Assembly: GCA_964016885.1 (NCBI GenBank)
Contig: OZ024754.1
Span: forward strand, 17,422,001 to 17,486,000
From: Eledone cirrhosa
Taxonomy: Eukaryota
Reading direction: 5' to 3'
DNA: 64,000 nt
Shown here: positions 54,301-64,000 of the stretch, piece after piece
Numbering within the stretch: position 1 is the first letter of the stretch
Layout: each line of letters begins with the position of its first letter
Notes under the pieces: model-generated
The model's database searches: none
The model's input: the letters and a program-made list of their open reading frames with translations, nothing else
Told to the model about the DNA's origin: nothing
Translations under genes and position numbers: made by a program

Positions 54301-55637
54301 TAAACCACAGCAGTTCACTACATTATTGGTCTATTGCAAACCACAACAGTTCACTACATTATTGGTCTATTGTAAACCACAGCAGTTCACTACATTATTG
54401 GTCTATAGTAAACCACAACAGTTCACTACATTATTGGTCTATTGTAAACCACAACAGTTCACTACATTATTGGTCTATTGTAAACCACAACAGTTCACTA
54501 TATTATTGGTCTATTGTAAACCACAACAGTTCACTACATTATTGGTCTATTGTAAACCACAACAGTTCACTACATTATTGGTCTATTGTAAACCACAACA
54601 GTTCACTATATTATTGGTCTATTGTAAACCACAGCAGTTCACTACATTATTGGTCTATTGTAAACCACAGCAGTTCACTACATTATTGGTCTATTGTAAA
54701 CCACAACAGTTCACTACATTATTGGTCTATTGTAAACCACAACAGTTCACTACATTATTGGTCTATTGTAAACCACAGCAGTTCACTACATTATTGCTCT
54801 ATAGTAAACCACAACAGTTCACTACATTATTGGTCTATAGTAAACCACAACAGTTCACTACATTATTGGTCTATTGTAAACCACAGCAGTTCACTACATT
54901 ATTGGTCTATAGTAAACCACAACAGTTCTCTATATTATTGGTCTATTGTAAACCACAACAGTTCACTACATTATTGGTCTATTGTAAACCACAACAGTTC
55001 ACTATATTATTGGTCTATTGTAAACCACAACAGTTCACTACATTATTGGTCTATTGTAAACCACAGCAGTTCACTACATTATTGGTCTATTGTAAACCAC
55101 AACAGTTCACTACATTATTGGTCTATTATAAACCACAGCAGTTCACTACATTATTGGTCTATTGTAAACCACAACAGTTCACTACATTATTGGTCTATTG
55201 TAAACCACAGCAGTTCACTACATTATTGGTCTATTGTAAACCACAACAGTTCACTACATTATTGGTCTATTGTAAACCACAGCAGTTCACTACATTATTG
55301 GTCTATTGTAAACCACAACAGTTCACTACATTATTGGTCTATAGTAAACCACAACAGTTCACTACATTATTGGTCTATTGTAAACCACAGCAGTTCACTA
55401 CATTATTGGTCTATTGTAAACCACAGCAGTTCACTATATTATTGGTCTATTGTAAACCACAGCAGTTCACTACATTATTGGTCTATTGTAAACCACAACA
55501 GTTCACTACATTATTGGTCTATTGTAAACCACAACAGTTCACTACATTATTGGTCTATTATAAGCCACAGCAGTTCACTACATTATTGTTCTATTTTAAA
55601 CCACAACAGTTCACTATATTATTGGTCTATTGTACAC
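51370..55637 (+). repeat. 36-bp satellite array A (~118 units)
   Basis: ccacaacagttcactacattattggtctattgtaaa; 10-bp deletion near 52120. Confidence 0.95.
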
Positions 55638-56029
55638 CAGTGTGTGCGTTTGTGTACGTGTGTCTGCGTGTATATGTATACACACATATTTGATGACACA
55701 ATGATATATTGGATACGTGTTCAAAATATCCGCGTAGCTAAGACCATATCGCATAAGAATAAAAAAAAAGGAAGACGCACAAGAACAAAACCTGGCGACA
55801 TAACAAATTACACAGATACGCCCCCCCCCCCCCCCCTCATAAAAATACTACAAATGTGTTTTAACTGAAAAGGAACTCATTTTGTTCACACGCGATAGAA
55901 AAAAAATCAATATTGACCTGCATCTGAATCTCTAAAGAAAACTAAATTGCTACTGAGTCGCTATAATGTTACTAAATTACCTTTAACTTATATATAAAGA
56001 CATTTATATTATACAGGAAGACATAATTG

Positions 56030-56205
56030 TTTATACTTTTGGCACAAGGCCAGCAATTATCCCAGTTTATTACTAGTGCTTTCTTTTATCGACCCTGTAA
56101 GGGTGAAAGGCAAAGTTAACCACGAGGGATTTGAACTCAGACTGTAAAGGGCCGTAACTCTATGCTGTAAAGCATAGCGTCCGACCCTCTATCGATACTG
56201 CCAAT
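56030..56205 (-). mobile_element. tRNA-derived SINE
   Basis: Reverse complement of the 60747 SINE. Confidence 0.8.
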
Positions 56206-57230
56206 GTCAATTACCTTCTTTTAAGTTTTGCAATAATGCGACGAATCGTTTATAACGCGTTTTAATTTCTTTTTACTATGAAGTTTTTTAGCTTAATATC
56301 AAAATTATTATTTTTTTTAAATGCATGGCAGGGATGATCCGGTAACTCTTGGTGGAGTCGTGGTGACGCCGTATTGACATACGACTTTTCTAGGGTATTT
56401 TTTAAACCTGGCGGAGCCCATCTCCTCCCCAGGTCTGAATACAGCAGATTTCTTCCAGAGAAGGATAGAAAGTGAGAGAATGGAAGTGAGAAAGATATAG
56501 AAGGAAAATTAACCCCGGTACTCGACTGGTACTTTTTTTATTTAACAATTTCTGGTTTAAACAATTTAGATATGATTTAATTTGACCCTCCATATATGTT
56601 CAGTCATATATTATTTAGATATTTCTACCGCCATTAAGGATTTTTCCATGTTCCTCTATTATGACTATCAGAATAGCTCCTCGGTTTCTCTATTATAAAC
56701 ATTCCAAACATTTCCGGGATGTTTTAGATATTCTTATGTTCCATCAATTCCAAAAGATGTTCAAATTTGTTGAGAAATCTGCAATGAGTGATGTTACTTT
56801 GGAACACATTTCTGTTATCTCTTTATATATATGGTAAATACTTTGAATTATCACTAGCGATCCCTTTATAAATTATATAACTACGTTTTGTGTGTGTTTG
56901 TGCATGAGTATGTATATATATATGAAGTTGTGCTTGTGTTTGGAATACCTAGATAAAAGAGTAACATTAGGGGGAATTTTTCATATCATAAATATATTGC
57001 AGATTCTTTGAAGTCGCTCAGACGATCCATTTACACTAAAGTAAGATAACTATAGTGGACCACCCACTCAATCTGTAAATTACATTGAATATTCCCTTGA
57101 TATTGAAGAAGTGTTGCAGCTGCTTGTGAATTCCATCTGACATAGTGACAAAAGACGTCACAAGTTTGAATAAAACTACTGTCTCATCCTGTAAACAAGG
57201 GACAAAGCGATGTATGTAGTGGATCTAAGT

Positions 57231-60200
57231 TGGTGTAGAGTATATCACTGATGTAGTGAACTGTTGTGGTGTAGAGTAGATCATTGATGTAGTGAACTGT
57301 TGTGGTGTAGAGTAGACCACTGATGTAGTGAACTGTTGTGGTGTAGAGTATATCACTGATGTAGTGAACTGTTGTGGTGTAGAGTAGACTACTGATGTAG
57401 TGAACTGTTGTGGTGTAGAATAGATCACTGATGTAGTGAACTGTTGTGGTGTAGAGTAGACCACTGATGTAGTGAACTGTTGTGGTGTAGAGTAGAACAC
57501 TGATGTAGTGAACTGTTGTGGTGTAGAGTAGATCACGGATGTAGTGAACTGTTGTGGTGTAGAGTAGACCACTGATGTAGTGAACTGTTGTGGTGTAGAG
57601 TATATCACTAATGTAGTGAACTGTTGTGGTGTAGAGTAGATCACTGATGTAGTGAACTGTTGTGGTGTAGAGTAGACCACTGATGTAGTGAACTGTTGTG
57701 TAGAGTAGACCACTAATATAGTGAACTGTTGTGGTATAGAGTAGACTACTGATGTAGTGAACTGTTGTGGTGTAGAGTAGACCACTGATGTAGTGAACTG
57801 TTGTGGTGTAGAGTAGACCACTAATGTAGTGAACTGTTGTGGTGTAGAGTAGACTACTGATGTAGTGAACTGTTGTGGTGTAGAGTAGACTACTGATGTA
57901 GTGAACTGTTGTGGTGTAGAGTAGACTACTGATGTAGTGAACTGTTGTGGTGTAGAGTAGACTACTGCTGTAGTGAACTGTTGTGGTGTAGAGTAGACCA
58001 CTAATGTAGTGAACTGTTGTGGTGTAGAGTAGATCACTGATGTAGTGATCTGTTGTGGTGTAGAGTAGACCACTGATGTAGTGAACTGTTGTGGTGTAGA
58101 GTAGACCACTGATGTAGTGAACTGTTGTGGTGTAGAGTAGATCACTGATGTAGTGAACTGTTGTGGTGTAGAGTAGACCACTAATGTGGTGAACTGTTGT
58201 GGTGTAGAGTAGACCACTGATGTAGTGAACTGTTGTGGTGTAGAGTAGACCACTGATGTAGTGAACTGTTGTGGTGTAGAGTAGATCACTGATGTAGTGA
58301 ACTGTTGTGGTGTAGAGTAGACCACTGATGTAGTGAACAGTTGTGGTGTAGAGTAGATCACTGATGTAGTGAACTGTTGTGGTGTAGAGTAGACCACTTA
58401 TGTAGCGAACTGTTGTGGTGTAGAGTAGACCACTGATGTAGTGAACTGTTGTAGTGTAGAGTAGACTACTGATGTAGTGAACTGTTGTGGTGTAGAGTAG
58501 ACCACTGATGTAGTGAACTGTTGTGGTGTAGTGTAGATCACTGATGTAGTGAACTGTTGTGGTGTAGTGAAGACCACTGATGTAGTGAACTGTTGTGGTG
58601 TAGTGTAGATCACTAATGTAGTGAACTGTTGTGGTGTAGTGTAGACCACTGATGTAGTGAACTGTTGTGGTGTAGTGTAGATCACTAATGTAGTGAACTG
58701 TTGTGGTGTAGTGTAGATCACTGATGTAGTGAACTGTTGTGGTGTAGAGTATATCACTGATGTAGTGAACTGGTGTGGTGTAGAGTAGACCACTGATGTA
58801 GTGAACTGTTGTGGTGTAGAGTATATCACTGATGTAGTGAACTGTTGTGGTGTAGAGTAGACCACTTATGTAGTGAGCTATTGTGGTGTAGAGTAGACCA
58901 CTGATGTAGTGAACTGTTGTGGTGTAGAGTAGACCACTAATGTAGTGAACTGTTGTGGTGTAGAGTAGACCACTGATGTAGTGAACTGTTGTGGTGTAGT
59001 GTAGATCACTAATGTAGTGAACTGTTGTGGTGTAGTGTAGATCACTGATGTAGTGAACTGTTGTGGTGTAGTGTAGATCACTAATGTAGTGAACTGTTGT
59101 GGTGTAGTGTAGACCACTGATGTAGTGAACTGTTGTGGTGTAGTGTAGATCACTAATGTAGTGAACTGTTGTGGTGTAGAGTATATCACTGATGTAGTGA
59201 ACTGGTGTGGTGTAGAGTAGACCACTGATGTAGTGAACTGTTGTGGTGTAGTGTATATCACTGATGTAGTGAACTGTTGTGGTGTAGAGTAGATCACTGA
59301 TGTAGTGAACTGTTGTGGTGTAGAGTAGACCACTGATGTAGTGAACTGTTGTGGTGTAGAGTAGATCACTTACGTAGTGAACTGTTGTGGTGTAGAGTAG
59401 ATCACTGATGTAGTGAACTGTTGTGGTGTAGAGTAGATCACTGATGTAGTTAACTGTTGTGGTGTAGAGTAGATCACTCATGTAGTGAACTGTTGTGGTG
59501 TAGTATAGATCACTGATGTAGTGAACTGTTGTGGTGTAGAATAGATCACTGATGTAGTGAACTGTTGTGGTGTAGAGTAGACCACTGATGTAGTGAACTG
59601 TTGTGGTGTAGAGTAGACCACTGATGTAGTGAACTGTTGTGGTGTAGAGTAGACCACTCATGTAGTGAACTGTTGTGGTGTAGTGTAGACCACTGATGTA
59701 GTGAACTGTTGTGTAGAGTAGACCACTAATGTAGTGAACTGTTGTGGTGTAGAGTAGACTACTGATGTAGTGAACTGTTGTGGTGTAGAGTAGACTACTG
59801 ATGTAGTGAACTGTTGTGGTGTAGAGTAGACTACTGATGTAGTGAACTGTTGTAATGTAGAGTAGACTACTGCTGTAGTGAACTGTTGTGGTGTAGAGTA
59901 GATCACTGATGTAGTGAACTGTTGTGATGTAGAGTAGACCACTGATGTAGTGAACTGTTGTGGTGTAGAGTAGATCACTGATGTAGTGAACTGTTGTGGT
60001 GTAGAGTAGACCACTGATGTAGTGAACTGTTGTGGTGTAGAGTAGACCACTGATGTAGTGAACTGTTGTGGTGTAGAGTAGACCACTAATGTAGTGAACT
60101 GTTGTGGTGTAGAGTAGATCACTGATGTAGTGAACTGTTGTGGTGTAGAGTAGATCACTGATGTAGTGAACTGTTGTGGTGTAGAGTAGACCACTGATGT

Positions 60201-60695
60201 AGTGAACTGTTGTGGTGTAGAGTAGATCACTGATGTAGTGAACTGTTGTGGTATAGAGTAGACCACTGATGTAGTGAACTGTTGTGGTGTAGAGTAGATC
60301 ACTGATGTAGTGAACTGTTGTGGTGTAGAGTAGACCACTAATGTAGTGAACTGTTGTGGTATAGAGTAGACCACTGATGTAGTGAACTGTTGTGGTGTAG
60401 AGTAGATCACTGATGTAGTGAACTGTTGTGGTGTAGAGTAGACCACTGATGTAGTGAACTGTTGTGGTGTAGTGTAGATCACTAATGTAGTGAACTGTTG
60501 TGGTGTAGAGTAGACCACTAATGTGGTGAACTGTTGTGGTGTAGAGTAGATCACTGATGTAGTGAACTGTTGTGGTGTAGAGTAGACCACTGATGTAGTG
60601 AACTGTTGTGTAGAGTAGACCACTGATGTAGTGAACTGTTGTGGTGTAGAGTAGACCACTTATGTAGTGAACTGTTGTGGTGTAGAGTAGATCAT
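57231..60695 (-). repeat. 36-bp satellite array B (~96 units), related to array A and inverted
   Basis: Minus-strand unit ccacaacagttcactacatcagtggtctactctaca; 33-bp deletion variants near 57695, 59710 and 60607. Confidence 0.95.
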
Positions 60696-60746
60696 CAATG
60701 ATGATGATGCTAGTTATGATTTTCCTATTTATTATTATATTTAGAA

Positions 60747-60935
60747 GGCGGTGGATTGGCAGTGTCGGTAGCGGGTCGGACACCATGCTTTGAAGCATAG
60801 AGTTACCTCCCTTTATGATCTGAGTTCAAATCCCGCCGAGGTTAACTTTGCCTTTCATCCTTACGGGGTCGATAAAATAAAGTACCAGTAATGCACTGGG
60901 TAATTGCTGGCCTTGTGCCAAAAGTAGAAATAATT
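60747..60935 (+). mobile_element. Full-length tRNA-derived SINE
   Basis: ggcggtggatTGGCAGTGTCGG...GAGTTCAAATCC...gccttgtgccaaaagtagaaa + (att) tail. Confidence 0.85.
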
Positions 60936-63131
60936 ATTATATTTATTTATTATCTATTAGTAATTAGTTTGTAGTTGACAAATATCCAATAAATGTTGGT
61001 AAAAGCCGTTTGAATGAATTTTGGCGAGTTAAGCTTTAAAATTATTGGATATTGAGGCGACCTCATTAAGAGAGAATAGATTTTGTGTAGGAAGATGTTT
61101 TAAAATGGACAATATTTATTTAGAATTTCCTTCAAGTATATATCGTTTCAACATGTTTGAAACTGTTATCCAGGTGCACAATCGCCATTCAATTTTCTCT
61201 GTCAGAAAACCCGGAGTTTAAAATGAGTAGGTGTTTGTTAGCGAATTGTAAACACCTTAAATGGCTCTCAACTCTCCCTCTCTCACTTTCATCTAGTCAT
61301 TTTCTCTTTCTCCCTCTCACTTCCACCCACTCATTTTCTGTTTCTCTTTCACCCTCTCTCTCTCTCTCTCTCTCTCGTGTGTTTGTGTGAGTTTGTCTTT
61401 CTCTCTCTCCCTTTCTCTCTCTTCTTTTTTTTTCTTTCTCTCGCTTTCTTTCTGATAAGAGTTTCTTATGACATCGTGAGGAGGAATATTTTGTCTTATT
61501 TCATCAGCATTATTTTGGCAGCTGCAGAAGAAAGAAGATCGGACAGAAAATTGGTTCACCACTAATCACATATTGTGAAACATTGTCATTAGACAGAATG
61601 TAAGGCGAAAAACGATACCAAATACTATAATTACGGAAGTTAGCTTACTTGAAAAACTAGCAAAACAAAACCAAAACAACAGCAACGAAAACAAGATGAA
61701 GCAAAGATATAGGTTAACTAGCAACAAAGGAAATCAATGAATTATTGTTGTTTTTTGTTGTAGTAGTTATAATAGTCGTTGCTGTTGATGTTGTTGTTGC
61801 TGTTGTTCTCGTTGAAATTGTTGTTGTAGATTATGTTGCTGATAAGCATAAAAATTACATATTACCCTTTCTTATGAACGCTTCAACTTCTTCATGCCTG
61901 ACTGAAAACAATTGCCTCCCTTTATAATAGGCAAGCATTCATTTATTTTTGATTGGACAGCAAATATTTTTAGTTGGACGCAATATGTTAGAAGTAAAAT
62001 CGATTTAATCGAGTTACTGCAGACGATACGCACAGCCATTAAATAGTGTCAAATATGAGGAAAAGACAAAGCCAACATCGGATGATGAAACCAAACCAAC
62101 TAAACAGACGATAGAGAAACAAAAAGAATATGGATGATAAAAATAAGACGTAGATTATAGTATAAAACACATTATTGGCTATGTAGTGTACTGTATGTAT
62201 AGACCCATAACCTCTGATGGAGTCATCGTAGAAGCACCGTCGTGACATACTGTCTTGGGCATCGATTCTGGTGGAGCACATTTTCTCTCCAGGTCTGAAC
62301 ATAGCCGATTTCTTCCCGAGAAACAGAGAGAGGAAGTAAGAGATACAGAGGAAGAATCGAGCTCCAGTATTGAACTGGTATTTTTTTAACGACCTTGAAA
62401 CGCAAAATTAACCTCGGCGGGATTTGAACTCAAAATGCGGAGAGCCGGAACAAATACCGCAATTCACCGCCTACATTGTACATATTAAAGCTACAATAAA
62501 ACAGAGTGTTTCATTGAAAGCAACAACGAAAATATTGCCAAGAAAAAATAACGATACTGTGGAAAATACTACTACATATTGATAAAAAGATATTGTCTAT
62601 GGGAGTAGACGTGGTTATTAAAGGCTATCAAAATATTTTTTTAAACTATGGCTGACGGGAAAATACATCAGTATATATAATATAGTAAGTTTCGACATTT
62701 ATTATATTTACACATGTAAAACACTATTAATTATACATAAAATATGTACATTAATTGAGCTTTACATTAACCAAAGAAAGCCAAACAGTCGTATATAGTC
62801 CTAGGGGTAACAATGATGTGTGCTATTGGCACCTTACTTATTTCTTATGATAACTGGAACTTTAGTTGTAATAAATATGGACAAAATAAACATCCTATCG
62901 TGACTAAGAAACTTAAGAATAGACGTAGCATGGCAGAATGGTTAAGATGTTCGCTTTGCAATCATTAAGCCTCGAGTTCGATACACTGCGTGGCATCTTG
63001 AGTACATGTCATTTACTTCGAGTCAAGCGACGTCTTGTCGTGCAGTATGGCCGAATCGTTAAGAAGTTCATTTCACAATCATTAGATCACGTAGCAAATT
63101 GAGGTGAGTCTTATAAGCCCCGTCAAATACG

Positions 63132-63212
<81 letters not shown>

Positions 63213-63289
63213 GCAAACTGGCGTAGATACTCGGAACTTCTCAAAGCAAGTCAATCTTACTTCGTTCTTCAGCGTATATATATATGTAT

Positions 63290-64000
63290 ATATGTAAAAG
63301 GTAAACAGAAATAACAACACAATCAGTACAGTATATGGAAGGTATATATTAGGTTAACGCTTAATATAGCAGGAAGAGGGTCTTAACGTTTCGGACGCTA
63401 GTCCTTCATCAGAAGAAAGAATGAGAAATAAAATAGATTGAGGGGACGGGCGGCCTGGAATTGTAAAAAATGTCTTTAGATAAAAATAACAGGTCCATTC
63501 ATGTTGACATCTCTTGCAAAACTGTTGGTGCTGCCGTTTTGTGTATGATTTGTTTTTTAGAAAAGTGGATGATGACAGGCGTCTACCTGAAATGTAAAAA
63601 AAACGAGCTATACTTGAGAACGTGCGTAACCATGAGTTAATGTGTGTGTGTGTGTTATTATAGGTCCGTACTTAGCTAAGAAGAAATGTGTGTATATATG
63701 TGAGTAAAAGAGTGTGTGTGCATGTAAGTACGAAACTATGAGCAAAAGTATGTTAATATAAGGGAGTGTATCGGCATGTATTAGTAGTAAGAGAAGCTGC
63801 TAATGATCAAGAGAAAGCGATAGGAATCTAGGGGTGTGATAATGGACGGGGTATTAGAGAAATTGGGGAGGTCAGTTGAGTCCAATATGGGAATAGGACC
63901 CAAGACGGTGAACAGACTTTGTTCAGTCCTGGTGCGCGAGGCCTGTGATCCATGATGTAAAAGTACACCCAGGACTGAAGCATTATTAGTATAAGAGATA
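63290..64000 (-). mobile_element. 3' end of a PLE (end of GIY-YIG, 3' UTR, pLTR); runs off the window
   Basis: Minus strand RTRTEQSL..RLGSYSHIGLN* resembles a GIY-YIG terminus; pLTR homologous to 33920-34095 with HHR. Confidence 0.65.
63381..63416 (-). ncRNA. Minimal hammerhead ribozyme
   Basis: tctt CTGATGA a ggac-tagc-gtcc GAAA cg TT aaga. Confidence 0.8.

Noticed and set aside
51384-55868. 1494-aa and 1187-aa ORFs
   Set aside because: Translations of a 36-bp satellite; non-ATG starts, frame switch at a 10-bp deletion, two frames open simultaneously, no non-repetitive domain
51370-60695. CRISPR-like array (36-bp repeats)
   Set aside because: Units are head-to-tail with no unique spacers, no cas genes, eukaryotic context
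57184-60798. 1204-aa His/Thr-rich ORF
   Set aside because: Satellite translation whose start lies inside an antisense SINE; the equivalent frame in sister array A has a stop in nearly every unit
62180-62207. Solo copy of the 36-bp satellite unit
   Set aside because: Only ~14 bp of similarity; compatible with chance

Overview
AT-rich eukaryotic (animal) non-genic or intronic DNA. The SINE sequences and microsatellite load resemble octopod cephalopod genomes (recalled resemblance, not a database result). No host protein-coding gene could be supported; most listed ORFs are translations of (TA)n/(GA)n/(CA)n microsatellites or minisatellites. The first ~27 kb is a pile-up of Penelope-like retroelements (PLEs; RT + GIY-YIG) of at least two clades (Naiad-like and Neptune-like), sitting almost always in (TA)n tracts, with inverted pseudo-LTRs that carry hammerhead ribozymes (HHRs). 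Many tiny palindromic PLE stubs are also present. An intact R4/Dong-type RLE retrotransposon (ORF 26899-30291) lies between (TAA)n tracts. The rest holds tRNA-derived SINEs, RTE fragments (one 5'-inverted with a TSD), hAT and mariner MITEs, Helitron-like ends, and two related 36-bp satellite arrays in inverted orientation (51.4-55.6 kb and 57.2-60.7 kb). The most notable signal is two non-coding, partial-tandem, HHR-bearing elements (534-nt and ~618-nt units) that look like retrozyme/circular-RNA replicons parasitising the PLE machinery; the 534-nt one shows four compensatory base-pair changes between its two copies.
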